Source of the DNA: Dipteris shenzhenensis
Taxonomy: Eukaryota
Reading direction: 5' to 3' (one strand)
Assembly (NCBI GenBank): GCA_047967505.1
Contig: CM106538.1
DNA length: 64,000 nt
Shown here: piece after piece, positions 1-13,900 of the stretch
How positions within the stretch are numbered: position 1 is the stretch's first letter
Layout of the letters: every line of letters starts with the position of its first letter
The notes under the pieces: model-generated
The model's input: only the letters and a program-made list of their open reading frames with translations
Told to the model about the DNA's origin: nothing
The model's database searches: none
Translations under genes and position numbers: made by a program

Positions 1-561
1 GTGACACTAGAGGGATTTTGCCACATCTATCAATAAATTGGAAAGGCATAGGTAGATTCTTTATTTGCAAGTGTTTGGGGCATGCTCTAGCTTCTTCTAC
101 ACCAGGTTGTAAGGGTTTTGGTTATTCTTGATAGGTTGCAGATTGACAGTTTCTCCTCGCCTATGCCCATTTTCACGTTATTGTGAAGTTTGTGGGATGG
201 AGATTACTCTCTGACCTTTGCTGTAATCACCTTTTGGTGGTTTTGAATGTAATATGTTATTGTTTTATGGTAAATGAATGCAAATTTATTTGGGTAGTGG
301 GACATAGTACTCAGAATAGAAAAGCATATTTAGAGCTATGTTTAGAGAATACGTCTATGGCCACTCCTTTGCTTTTTTTCTAGTAGTGGAATGTGTAATG
401 TCAATTGCTCAAGGAGTTGTTTCAAGGAGGTGTTTCCTAGTGTCCATGAATAGGGCAATGTAAGTCGCCATGGCATTGGTATGGCATTGCTATGATAAGA
501 ACTGACCAATGCAATCACATCCTTGTAAGTCATGATCAAATCCCTCTCGAATAGTACAATG

Positions 562-593
<32 letters not shown>

Positions 594-903
594 TCCATTA
601 CTGTCAATTCTTGCAAGTTTGGAGAATCAATAGATAGTGTACGGCACACGAGGTGAGTCCAAGAAGATCATAGGAGCTAATCAAGATAGCCACAATTTTG
701 CATAACAATGGTTCTTAATGTTCATGAAGGAAAAAAATATCTTCATTTTGCAATGTAATAGTTTCTAATACATCTCTAATTATTTAAGCTCTCATCCTCT
801 GAGAAAATAGGAAAGTTTAGGACATTGAAGTACATATACAATATTTTTTTTCTTGAAATAAAATGGTTTATTAAAGAAATAATATAACACAAGAGTTACA
901 TTT

Positions 904-1135
904 CATATTGATAGAGACCATTGTAGGTTTTTAATATTGTGGTAACCATTTGAGTCATCATATCTATCCTCTTCACCACTTTCCTTATCTTCTCTTTTCT
1001 CATCCTCATCTTTTCTTTTTCATATTGATAGAGACCATTTTAGATTTCTGACTTTATGGTGATGCTTTGAGTCATCATCTCTATCCTCTTTACCACTTTT
1101 CTCATCTCTTCTTTTCCCATCCTCACTCTTCCCTT
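904..1135. repeat. Degenerate tandem duplication, ~117-bp unit
   Basis: CATATTGATAGAGACCATT...TTTGAGTCATCAT.TCTATCCTCTT.ACCACTT occurs at 904 and again at 1021. Confidence 0.75.
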
Positions 1136-1618
1136 GATCTCCTCTAATGTGGAATCTTGTCATCATCTTCAATGTCCTCTTCCTCTAATTCATCATCCTT
1201 GTATCTAGTATGGTCCTTATCAAACCCCATTGTTTGATGAACTTGCCCTTCAAAGTAATCCATACAAGCTTTTCTTTCAATAACATTGGTGGAGTGAGCT
1301 TATGATAATGGTGAGAAAGCTACAAGGAGTTCGGGCTTAAGAGATGTGGTGTAGTGGTTTATACTTACATGTGCAAAAGCTCCCATTGAGAAGCAGGGAG
1401 TAATGGCAAAGTGAAGAGATGGGGGGGTGAGGATGAATTCATCAATATTTTTTAGGTTTCTTCGATGAGTAAGGGGTTGATTCAAGTTGGTGAGGTAGTG
1501 TGCCAACCCCTCACGAAGAGTGAGGTTTTGATTAGAGTTGATTAGAAACATGTAGTCACTTCTAAGTGGGGGCTTGTGATGAGGAAGAAAATGGGGAAGG
1601 GGTGGGTTGGTGGGTGCA

Positions 1619-1898
1619 TGTGGAGATATCAAGCTCTACCCCCGATATATCTCCTGGATGACTATCATTTATGTCACCGCCTATGTTAGTTGTACTCGTG
1701 GTGTAGTTAGACTACCACATATGTTTTTGGTTTGGGTTCACATATGAACCACGTATTCTAGGGTTTGACATATAGGGTATTGTTGTTGTGTGCAAAAGTG
1801 AAGAAAGGCTTCACCCTCCAACCTTGTGTCCTCTCTCTTTTGTGTGTTGTAAAGAAAGCTGAACTTGAGTCTCCTATCTCTCTCCCTTATTCTTTACA
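1619..1898 (+). repeat. 5' LTR of copia-1 (280 bp)
   Basis: Direct repeat of 6768-7065; I see two substitutions and an 18-bp deletion relative to it. Confidence 0.97.
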
Positions 1899-1910
1899 TG
1901 GTATCAGAGC
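1899..1910 (+). promoter_or_regulatory. Primer-binding site, tRNA-iMet
   Basis: TGGTATCAGAGC immediately after the 5' LTR. Confidence 0.96.
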
Positions 1911-2455
1911 CTTGTTCATGGTAAGGAGCTCAAGAAAGCAAGCCAAATTTGTGGTGTCCTGGTAAGAGGACCAGTGTTGCTTTCCTATTTCGAGTTTGGG
2001 AGCAAATCTCTGCAGGTAGCACAGCCAGAAGTGCAAGAGTGCACTGTTTCAGATTGAGAGGCCCTTCGCGGTGTGGCGAGAGCGTAGTATATGATGCGGG
2101 GCCCGTTTTTTTGATTTGAGGCCGTTTCGGGGCCCGTTTTGAAGGCGCAAGTTCTTCGCAGGCACTCAGAAAAAGGCCCTGTTTTTCGCTGTGCGACCAC
2201 TGCGCGGCTAGTCGGTGGAAAGGTGCCACAGAAATTGCATCGTATGCCTGTGTGCAGAGATATTGGGAGTTGCAGATTCATGCCTGTTGCCTGTTGATGC
2301 AAAATCGTCACTAGGAAGTGACTGTGTGGTGAAATACCACTTTCGTCAGTGTTGCAGATCTGCCCCTGTGAGGCTTTTTGCAGAAGTTTTGCTATTTGCC
2401 CTTGTGAGGCATTTGCTGTGTTTACAGGTTGCTGTTGCAATTCGTGATTTGTAAA

Positions 2456-5400
2456 ATGTCTGAGAATCTGTCTACCATTGTCAGTGAGAAGCTTGACAAG
2501 AACAACTTTCAAGCATGGAAGTTCAGGATACAAACTTCCTTATGGGAAAGGGAGTTTGGGATTACATCAGTGGTGAAACTGCAGAACCAGTGTTGGGTGC
2601 TGCTCCCACTCCTGCTGAACTGAAGGCCTTTAAAGAATGGCATGAAAAAGCCAGAAAATGCTTGTATTGGCTGTCTGTTAGCATTTCAGATTCTATGATT
2701 GTGCATATACAGGATCTAGAGACGCCTAAAGAGGCATGGGATACATTGGTGAAGCTGTATAGCACAAATACCAAAGCACGAAAGATGCAGCTAAAGCAGG
2801 AGTTGCACAATGTGCAAAGGAAAAATCTGAATATAAATGAGTATTCCTTGAAGGTGAAAGGCCTTGCAGATTCTCTTGCCTCCATTGGAGCACCTGTTGA
2901 TGATGAGGACTTAGTGTCCGTGACCTTGAACGGTCTTGGGAAAGATTATGCACAGTTTCGGACATCCATTGGAGTCCGTGAAACATTTCCTGATTTTCAG
3001 GAACTTATTGCTCTCTTGCTGAGTGAAGAGCAAAGGAATGGTGGTTCAGCCACCTCAACTTCTCAAGAGACTGCTTTCTACTCAAATACAGGTAGAGGCA
3101 GGGGTAGAGGAAGAGGCCGTTTTGGTGGCCGTGCAGGAAATCAGAACCAACAGCAACAACAGGAAAACCAGTCCTATGGAGGAGGACGTGGTAGTTCTAG
3201 AGGCAGGGGGAGCCAAAGAGGCTGTGGTTCATGGCAAAGGAACCAGCAAGTAAATAGCAGCACAGAATGCTATTATTGTGGAAAGCCTGAACACAAGGAG
3301 AATACATGCTATAAAAAACAGAATGACATCAAAAGTGGGAAGTTGTAGCAAAGCAACTATGCATCATCAAGTGGGCATGGTGACGACAGAAATGAGCACC
3401 TTTTTGTGATGCAGCATATGGTTAACTCCATGTCAGGAGATGCTGCAGCTTGCAATGATGTTTGGTATGTTGATTCAGGTGCCTCTAACCACATGACCAG
3501 TCATGGTGAGTGGTTTCATGATGTTAGAAATTTGGATAAGCCAGGTTATGTTGAAACAGGTGATGATACTGCGCACCCAATTATGCAGGTTGGTAAAGTG
3601 CCATTGGCTATGCAGGATGGCAAAACGAAGTACTTGGCAGATGTACTTCATGTTCCAAAAATCACTAAGAACCTGGTTTCAGTTGGCCAGATGGTTGAGC
3701 AAGGTCTGCAGGTTAGATTTAATCCTGATGGATGCTTTGTTGAGGACTTGAAAAATAAGTGCCGCTTGGTTGCGAAAGGCAACAAAAATGGCAGAATGTT
3801 CACCTTGGATGTTGATATGCCTGAGGTGAAAGCTGCTATGTTTGCGCATGGGAGAGGTGTCATTGCAGATATTGAGATATGGCACAAGCGCATTGGGCAC
3901 GTGAATATACAAAGGCTGAAATCTATGCAAACGAAAAACATTGTTGCAGGTTTGCCTAAATTCAGAGTTGAGGGAATGCAAAAGGTATGTGAAGCATGCC
4001 AAATGGGTAAGCAGGCCAGACATGCATTTCCCAAAAATGCTAAGGTGAGCAGAAGACCTTTGGAAGTAATCCAGTCAGATGTTTGGACAACCAAAGCTGC
4101 TTCTATTGGTGGATGCCATTATTATGTGACGTTTATTGATGACTACACTAGGAAGGTGTGGATTTATTTTATGAAGCACAAAAGTGAAGTGTTCAGCCAT
4201 TTCAAGGCTTTTAAGGCCATGGTTGAAAAAGAGAAAGGTGTGCATATTAAAGTGCTAAGATCTGATGGAGGGGGAGAGTACTTTTCAGAAGAATTTTGTG
4301 AATATCTGAAAGAACAGGGAATTCAAAGGAAGTACTCATGTAGGTCTACCCCTCAGCAGAATGGGGTTGCAGAAAGGAAGAACAGGCATATTGCAAAAGT
4401 AGGACGGGCGATCCTAAATGAGAAAAACATGCCTGATTATTTTTGGGCTGAAGCAGTAGCAACTGCTGTTTATATTATGAACAGAACCCCCACTGCATCT
4501 GTCCATGGCATGACGCCTGAAGAAATGTATACAGGCCAAAAACCAGATATTTCTCACTTGAAGGTATTTGGTTGCATAGCTTATGTTCATGTTCCTGATG
4601 AGAAGAGAACACAGCTGGATCCAACGGCAGAAAAATGCATCTTTATTGGATATGCTCTGCACCAGAAAGGGTATCGCTGTTATAACCCTTCCACCCGCAA
4701 AATGCAAGTGAGTAGAGATGTTGTTTTTGATGAAATGAGCAGCTGGTATGCACCAACTGTTATGGTAGGAGATGCAGATGCAGGAAATGGGAATGCTGCA
4801 ATAAATCCAGAGCAGCAATCTCAAGCCTTGAGTGGACCCAGAGAGTCCTCTACTAGTGGATCTAATGCATGGACAGGGAGATTGAGATCTAGTGAATTGT
4901 CACATGGCAGTCCTGATAGTGTTGTGCAGGTATCACATAAGGGAAAAGAAAAAGTAGACCATGCTCCAGTGTTTGATGTGTCTGCTGGTAGCTCTCATGT
5001 TGATGGAGAGTCAAGTGGCTCTGAAATGAGCCTTGATGAGGAACTTGGGATTCCTTCTGTTGTTACACCTGGTGCAAGGAAAAGCAGGCATGATTTAAAG
5101 ACTCCTGCAACTGATCTAGTTGTACGGAGGTCCACTCGTATTAAGTATCCAGTTGACAGGCTGAGATATGATGGGTATACAGCACATCACTATGCTTATA
5201 TGGTCAAGGTTCTAGAGGAGCCAGAGCCCACATGTTTTGAGGATGCAGCAGGGCATAAAAATTGGGAAGCAGCTATGGATGAAGAGATGGCTGCCTTGGA
5301 TGCAAACCACACTTGGGATTTGATGCCTTTGCCTCATGATAAGAAGGCTATTGGCTGCAAGTGGGTTTACAAAGTAAAGCACAATGCTGATGGGTCTGTT

Positions 5401-6810
5401 AGCAGGTACAAGGCAAGATTGGTTGCCAAAGGTTTTGCGCAGACATATGGAATTGACTATGAGGAAACTTTCAGCCTAGTTGCAAGGATGGCAACCGTGA
5501 GAGCAGTAATTGCTATGGCTGCTGCAAAGGGATGGTCTTTGCATCAGATGGATGTGAAAAATGCCTTCTTGCATGGTGATTTGCAGGAAGAGGTTTATAT
5601 GATGCAGCCAGAAGGTTATGAGGATAATTCACACCCCGATTTTGTATGCAGGTTGCGCAAAGCCTTGTATGGCTTAAAACAAGCGCCGAGGGCATGGTCA
5701 GACAAGATAGGGCAATATCTTGTCACTATTTGATTTCAGATTTCCAATTCAGATTTTTCACTTTATGTGAAAAGGACAAACAGAGGGATTGTGCTTATAG
5801 TCATCTATGTTGATGACTTGATTATTACAGGTGATAGTGATGCAGACATTAATGAAGTGAAGCTACTGTTGAAGCAGAAATTTGAGATGAAGGATTTGGG
5901 AGAGCTGCGTTACTTCTTGGGCATTGAGGTTATTAGATCCCCGAGTGGGATATGGCTGTTGCAAAGGCAATACGGTTTGGACATGCTGTCCAAATATGGG
6001 ATGACAGGCTGTAAGCCTATCGCTGTTCCATTGGAGCAGAATGTGAAGCTCAATGCAGAGACAGGTGAGCTTCTTGAAGATATTACTATGTACAGGCGCA
6101 TAGTAGGTAGCTTGATTTACATGACTATAACCAGACCAGATTTGAGCTATGCTGTGGGGCTGGTGAGTCAGTTTATGCAGGCACCAAGGAAGCCACATTT
6201 GGATGCGGCTAGGCGCATACTGCGGTATGTGAAGTCCACATTGCATTATGGACTATTTTATGAAGCTAGGTGTGCATTACAGGTACATGGATACACAGAT
6301 GCTGACTGGGCTGGTAGTGTCTCAGACAGGAGATCTACTAGTGGTTTTATGTTTTCCCTTGGGAGTGGTGCCATCAGTTGGAGCAGCAAGAAGCAGCCAA
6401 CAGTTGCCTTGTCGAGCACAGAGGCTGAGTACAGGGGTGCAGCAATGGCTGCATGTGAGGTAGCTTGGTTACGGAAGCTACTTGCAGATATGGGACAGTC
6501 AGTTCATGCAGCAGTTGTCATTCATTGTGACAACATTAGCAGCATCATGCTTGCTAATAACCCAGTTTATCATGCTAGAACGAAGCACATTGAGGTGCAT
6601 TATCACTTTGTGAGAGAGAAGGTTCTAGCTGGTGAGATTGATCTTGTCTATGTCAGCACTGAGGAGCAGGTGGCTGATATTTTTACGAAGGCATTGGGTA
6701 CCGAGAAGCTTCGCAGATTTAGGAGCTTGCTTGGTGTACGTGAGATGGATTTGAGCTTGAGGGGGAGTGTTGAGATATCAAGCTCTACCCCCGATATATC
6801 TCCTGGATGA
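2456..6810 (+). pseudogene. copia gag-pol polyprotein, disrupted (frameshift ~2530, in-frame TAG 3346-3348, in-frame TGA 5731-5733)
   Basis: MSENLSTIVSEKLDKNNFQAWK start, knuckle CYYCGKPEHKENTC, protease [11 protein letters not shown], integrase [31 protein letters not shown], RNase H DADWAG..EAEY; the three ORF pieces 2515/3406/5767 share one frame. Confidence 0.95.
6759..6767 (+). promoter_or_regulatory. Polypurine tract of copia-1
   Basis: GAGGGGGAG directly before the 3' LTR. Confidence 0.92.
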
Positions 6811-7065
6811 CTATCATTTATGTCACCGCCTATGTTAGTTGTACTCGTGGTGTAGTTAGACTACCACGTATGTTTTTGGTTTGGGTTCACATATGAACCA
6901 CGTATTCTAGGGTTTGACATATAGGGTATTTCCCTATTCTATTGTATTGTTGTTGTGTGCAAAAGTGAAGAAAGGCTTCACCCTCCAACCTTGTGTCCTC
7001 TCTCTTTTGTGTGTTGTAAAGAAAGCTGAACTTGAGTCTCCTATCTCTCTCCCTTATTCTTTACA
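6768..7065 (+). repeat. 3' LTR of copia-1 (298 bp)
   Basis: TGTTGAGATATC...TTTACA followed by TSD GTGCA. Confidence 0.97.
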
Positions 7066-7070
7066 GTGCA

Positions 7071-9975
7071 TAGAAGGTAGATCAAAAATCCTATGATGAA
7101 ATGATGCCAAAAAGCTTACTAGTGGTTTTCCCTCATGGTGTAGGAAATTGCATAGGAGTTGGCTTGCATGAATGTTATAAGGAGGGAGGCTGAGACATAA
7201 AAAAGGAATCTATGAGAGAATGGGGTTAAGCATAAGATGGTGTGTCACCTCCATTTTGATGAAATAAAGCCAAAAATTAAGAAGCTTGCAAACGGGGGAG
7301 TTTACCTATTTTTTATTAGTTGAGTTCCTATGCTAGGGGCAGCTGCATGAGTATCTGGTTTCTAAATGAAAAATTCCAATGAAGGGATCTATTGCTCAGT
7401 TTTTGGGTAAAGGTTTCTTTCTTTTGCACTATGTCTTGGAAGCCATTAGAAATGATCTACTTGCAAAGTCGTTTGAGTATATGGGAGCTATGGTGATGTC
7501 AATTCCATGAAGCCCCTCATTTAGCATTTGATGAGTTCATGTATTGTGAATTCCCAGTCTCTGTCTCAAATTTCCCACTATGCCTGCCTAGATAGAAAAC
7601 TCTCTTGATATGGTAGCAAATGCTCTTGGTCAAATCTTGGTGCTCCCTCATTCTACTAGGAAAGTGTTTGATGTGAATCATGCATGGATCCTTTGGGACT
7701 ACATCTAGGATGTGTCAAATTTTGTTGATGTTCATTTTCTTGATAAGGTTGTGGTTACACAGAGGGTCTGATTTGGATAGTTCCTAGATGCATGTTACCT
7801 TTGTAGGAAGGTGGAGCAATATGCATAATGCTTCCCATCTTGTGAGGAGAATAAGAAGATTGCAAGAGGTGAGAAGTTGGACGAAACGGCCCACCTAGAC
7901 CTTGAGAAAATTAATCCACAAGAGTAGCTTAAGGTTAGTAGAGGTGGCATGTAGTTGTTGGAGGATGCTAGGGGAGGATGATCGGCTATCAAGATCACAC
8001 ATGGAAACATAGATTTACTAGCAACCTATGATGTCTCAAAGGAAGGAAAATGTAATAGCTATGATTTGGATGAGATTGACGCTTGAATGCTAAGTAAGGA
8101 GGAAGGGCAGATGCTAGTGGAAGAAAAATAGAAGAAGCAACTTATCCATATTAGAAATCCTTTTGGGTAAGTCGGTTCATACGAGGTTGAGAATGGCTTG
8201 CATCCTCTTCGGTTGGCTATTGATGATCAGATGGTGAGTGATGAAGGTGAGGATGAGTTTCCATATGCCAATAATAAAAAGACACTCTTGGAAGAAAAGC
8301 CTATGACCAAGAAACTGATGGACGAAGGAGTTCATAATAGACAACCACCTAAAGAAATGTCAAAGAGACTCCAAAACATGGCAAAGAGTGCAAGTGGCAA
8401 GGAGAACCACTTCAGCTTCCTCTGAGTTTCATATGAGGCTCTAACATAGTAAAGGTGGAACGAAGGCTCTTCAAGGGGTGTTAATGGTAATGTGGAATGT
8501 TTGGCATTTAATTCCCATTTGAGAGGAAGCTAGCGGGAGGCAGGGGGTGGGGGGGGGGTTGTTACTCAAAAAGCGGTTGTAAGGTAAATATATTTTTTGG
8601 GATGCATTAGTTAAATTTGTTGCTATCTCTCTTTTTGTGTTAGGCTTTAGGCTCAATATTATAAGTGCCTATGCATCTAATGAGGCTCGAGTGCAAGCTA
8701 AGTGTTAGAGGGAGTTGAATCAAAATATTTCTAGGAATAGATGGGATTTAGGAGGGGATAAGAATACGGTTGAGGTCATTAGAGATAGGTTGAGTAGCTT
8801 GACGGTGTTTTGGGGATTTGAATTAGAAGCCTAGGATGAGTTGTGTATAGACAAATATCTTTTAGATTCCTTTGAGATGATCTTGAGGGGCTCTCATGGA
8901 GAAATAGCAAGAAGAGTAATGAATTTAGAGCTAGTAGGATTGAAATTTTTTAGTGTCTTGAGCATGGTTAGTGTGGCTTTATGCCCCTATGGGGGGTCAT
9001 GTTTCCTTGATTTGGATTTGTCTGATAATATACCTATGGGGTGCAAATTTTAGTCCCAGGATCAATTGGCAAATCATTCGACATCCCCTAAAAGTTTAAC
9101 AAAGGGCTGTTGAGAAGGGAGGGATTTTGTCAAAAAATCAAGAGAGTTTCGTTGTTGTAACTGCATTAGATTGTGGATCCTGGTGCTAGGAGAGAGGGTT
9201 TTTGCCAAAAATTCAAGAGAAACTAGTTCCTGAAATTGCACCAAAGTGTAGAGCATGGTCTAGGAGGAACAAAGCTATCAGATCTATAATGTAGGTGGCA
9301 AAAGCTTGGGAGGTAAAGGTCTTCAACAAGAGATGAAAATTTAAATCTTGTTTGGTGCAATGCTGTCCAATCTAAGGGAGAACAAGTTGTTGATTCCGAA
9401 TGATCCATATGTGTCCACCCTTTTGGTTGAGGTTGAGGATGCATTTTAGGAGGAGAGATTGACAAGGTAGAGAGGGCCTATCTACAAAGTCAGATTCTTT
9501 GGGTATACTTAGGCTATTTCCCTTTGAAGTTCTTTTTCTGGGTCATGAAGACATACAAGGTAATATGGTGAATGCATTTTGGCATATTGTAGAAGCCTTT
9601 AGAAAAGATCTTTCCTATATTGTGCATGATCTAGGGAAAGTGACTCCTAAATGGAAAAGTAATGTGGCAGGTATTCTACCTAGAGTGGTAGCTAGCCAAA
9701 GAGTTGGGCTAGAGAGTGAGTTAACTGAGAGGGAACTGTGGGAATCTCTAGATGATTTGGATCATGATAAGGCCCATGGACCTAATGGCTTGATTGCTAG
9801 ACTTTATATAGCTTTTTGGAGTCTAATTAGTCTAATTAAGAAGGACTTTATGGAAATGGCCAACAAGCCTATGGCAGTGGATGAGCTTTCTAAAGATGTT
9901 AATGTGGATTTAGTTAAACTGTTTCCTAAACTATTTCCTAAATGGCAAGAATAGATTAAGGGTCAAGTATTGGAC
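7071..9975 (+). mobile_element. Heavily decayed L1-type LINE remnant (ORF1 knuckle, AP endonuclease, linker before RT); probably the target of copia-1 and may extend left of 1618
   Basis: CYLCRK knuckle ~7790; VMWNV ~8490, IISAYASN ~8660, GGDKNTVE ~8750 (endonuclease motifs); ELWESLDDLDHDKAHGPNGL..FWSLI..VKLFPK in ORF 9499-9954 (KSPGPDG-type region). Boundaries approximate. Confidence 0.7.
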
Positions 9976-10949
9976 AATAATACGGATTTACCTCTTTATA
10001 TTCAACTTTCATAGCTTCATGAATACATGCTATATCTTTCTCATGAATTTACAGTGGTCTTGCTGAATACTCATCATCTTTTCAACTTTTCACTTGAAAT
10101 GTCGATTTGCTTCTTTGCATTCAACTTCGACACACTGTTGAAGAAATACTGTGACTAGATACTCGTTTGAAGAACACATCACTAGGTGAACCACAACAAA
10201 TATCGACACAATTACAAATCTAGATCATTTCGAACTTGACAAACAAAATGTATTTAAAGCAAAGTATCCAAAAAACAATGACATACTCAATTTTTTGCTT
10301 GAACGTTTTCCAATGCTACAATATGATATTTTGGTTGCGATTCTGTTCGAGTCACTTTTCCTCTGTCCAAGTACGGTTTCTCCAACTTGGATTGGCCTTT
10401 TCATTGATGCCTTGTCCATGTCCACAAATGCAACAACACTTGAGCTTCTACAACAAATCTTAGCAAATACGGCTAACTTGCCAATGCTTATGCACAATTG
10501 TTTAATGCGACTAGGGTCTTTCTTGGAGTCCTCCTTTGAGGTGCTCTGTGAAGCCAACAATTGCGTTCACACAGTGATGATTGTTTAAACAAGTTCATGC
10601 ATAGAAGCACTTTTCAACTTACTTAGCGAGGTTGGCGACCACATAGAACTGGCACCCCTATTTCTTTGAAAACTCGAGCTCCAATATGCCTTCTGGGACC
10701 TTGCACAAGAGACAACGCTTGCAGATTTGATGCAACAGCTCCAAATGCAAGTGCTAGAGAGATAACTGTCCAGTATGCAGAATCACAAGCCAATCACAAC
10801 ATAATCACAATGAACATTATCAACAAAATATATTGTATGCAAATGAATGCTAACAAAATGATGGAGCAACAATGCACCAAAAATCTTTCCTTCGCTTCTT
10901 CATCGTAGTCACGCCACAAGATGTCAAAATGCACTTAGACCAGAGAAGT

Positions 10950-13900
10950 AATGCGTCTAGTTGCAAGGTATCTTAGAAGTATTCAAGACAGTCCATCACA
11001 CCCATGCATTTGTTGTGGATCTCTCTCTTTCAAGTCGAAGCTACATGGTGTTTCTTCCATTAATAGGCAATTCTTGGATCTAAACTCAAGGAACACCGCT
11101 AACTTCCCTTGCTATGAGCATGTCATATGTACCTTATGCGAGGGACACAAATCCGCAAAGGTTCTCTACCAAGGTTTTGTTTAGAAAACATGACTTTGGC
11201 TCATCCAACACAGTACACGAACATGCTCAACGACATTGAGGATGCCTTATTGCAATACGCATGCCCTTCACACAAATCCATGAACTATCGTTTGATGGCC
11301 AGTACAGATTGCGAGGAGTAGTGGTGAATGTTTTCGCAGATGTCGATAGGGAGTAGCGGATTTTGCCACGGTTTATGGACAAAATTGCAATAGTCATGGT
11401 AGAACTGAAGCATAGGCTATCATATGCACAAAATTACATGAGGGCCATGGCCTTGTGCAGCCCACTTTGAATTTCAATGCTCTACATGAGCTTTTGAGCA
11501 CACCATTATACTGTGAATCTGAGGTGGTGCTCAACCCCCTGTGGACAAGCCTTATCAATGCTCTGTCGCAAGAGCCTACTCACAAGCCTTTGCATGACTC
11601 CAACTTGGACACTGACGATAATGTTGTAGCAATCGACACACTTGTCCATGGAATCTACATAGCACAACAAGTTGTTGATCTCGAGGACAAAACAATATGT
11701 GTCACACCATTAGAAGGCTTCGCTCCAATGAGCATTTTCAAAGACACTCAATGTGATGAACTCGCTTTACTATTCTACAAATATCCTAGGCAATACAAAA
11801 TACTAGAATGTACATCTTACCAAGACATCTCGCATTGGGAGCTTGTCCACAAAGACTATCGGTTCTTGCACTCCATAGAAAACCTCTTCTTCAAAACCAT
11901 AAAAATACTTGTCAGTCAAGTTTTGTCATTGACATGGGTCCGTATCAGAAAGGGCAAGCTGCAAGGGAAGACAATACTTGCAAGGGACATTGCACAATAC
12001 ACAGACATTGAATGACTTCTACAATTAGACATAGTCTTTCGTGACTTCATGCATATGCGAACATTAGTTGACTACAAACATAAATTGCAAAAAAACCTCT
12101 TCGCCATGCTACGATAGCTCGACCCACCATGTTTTTTTCTCACGCTATCATCGACGGTAGAGAAAACATGGGAGCCCCTAGTTAAATGTCTTCATGAACT
12201 AATAGTGGACGCAATACCTCCCATCGAAAGCCTTGATAATGCCAGTTTAAGAGAGCTCATACACAGTGACCCCATCATAACTGCGAGGTATTACATGCAC
12301 AAGTTCCAGTGTTTGAAGCGCCTTTTGAAGAGTGAGAATTCAATACTCAGCCACATTGTTGATTTCTTCTTTGTCACAGAATTTCAAAATAACCACTGAC
12401 ATTGCATTGTTCATGTGTGAACCTAAGGATATACAACAAAACAACACAGAGCCACTTGCAAGAAAAAGGGCAATACATGCCATCTCCGTTTCTCATGGCC
12501 CCTAATGGGACAAAAAAAAATACTAGAACCCATCGATGAAATTGATGAGGTTGGAGAAACAACTACAAAAGATATGCAATGCTTTGGAAAATGATCGCAT
12601 CGAATAAGAGAATTTTGATACATTTCTTAGTGCAGTTTCACTCTCCGATGTTCAGTACTTGTATGCATTGAGCTCAGCTATCTCGCAGCTAACAAATTTT
12701 TTAAAAAGACACCCAACAGACATTTACACAAACAACTTTAACCCACAACTTTAGCCCAACATTGTCACACTTGTGGGGGGCAAACATTGATATCCAATTT
12801 GTCCTTAATGCACATGGAGCTGCTGCATACTATACATCGCACATGACAAAGATTGACAAGGCTATAGCAAAGGCTATGAAACAAGCATTTCAACAATGTC
12901 TACCAACAAATGCTACTGCAAATGAATGCATTAGGAAGATAGACAATGCCATACTAAACACACAACCCATTAGTGTACAACAAGCTATATACTTGTTACT
13001 ATCATTGCCATTAACAAGTAGTACATGAGAGTTTTTGCTACATTGACACTACTCCCTTTGAGTAGTGGACACTCCTACTTAAGAGGCAGGCGTAGGTCAA
13101 AAAGTTGGAGCCTTCGTGTAGCGATGTATTTTTTGATGACATCATTGCCAAACACTTAAAATGTAGCAACACCCTGACTTCCCAGTGCTTGGTAGAATAT
13201 ACTAGTGCATACACAACCAATGGATTAATAGTAACAAAGAAGTGAAAACTATTGAAAGTAATACGTTTCAATAACTACAACCTTGCAAAAGACCCTGAAA
13301 ACCACTTCCATGAATTGTGCCTTCAAGATGACATTCCCACATGGCATGACTTATATGGACTACATATACAAAATATTGAGAGCAATAAGGCCAAGTTCAT
13401 AAAGTAATTACTGCCATCGCCACACTTGCAACTTTCCACAACCTCATCGACAACACTCCCTGATCACAACACCACTTCAATAGGTGCAGCAGAGTTCAAA
13501 ACTCAAAATTTGTGACAAGCCTCCATCATTCATCCATGGTTCCCATTTTACATACCGTGTGATGCCCTGTGATGAATACCATGAGAAACTACATAAACTA
13601 AACAAAGAGCAATGTCTTCTCTTAAAGGACATTCTCTTGAGAAAATGCTTAAAAGACCAACAACCCCTATGCTTGTTCTTATCTGGAAATGCAAGCATAG
13701 GGAAGACATTCACATTGCTGCTACTAGTCCAAGCACTTCTATGGCATTGTTCTCATCACAAAACAACCGATGCAACATTGCCAAAGGTGCTATTGCTATC
13801 CTACATAGGCAAGGTAACATATAATATAGGTGGCATGACTATACATTCCACGCTGCACTTGCCTTTACTACTAAGTGAGTACAAAATCTTGTTAGTAGTA

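Larger units (their letters stand above)
1619..7065 (+). mobile_element. Full-length Ty1/copia LTR retrotransposon (copia-1)
   Basis: TG...CA LTRs at 1619-1898 and 6768-7065, 5-bp TSD GTGCA (1614-1618 / 7066-7070), PBS, PPT, and gag-PR-IN-RT-RH domain order. Confidence 0.98.

Noticed and set aside
3346-3354. In-frame TAG between gag and pol as programmed read-through
   Set aside because: Context TAG CAA AGC does not fit CARYYA, copia normally has a single ORF, and CAG>TAG is the commonest lesion in this window
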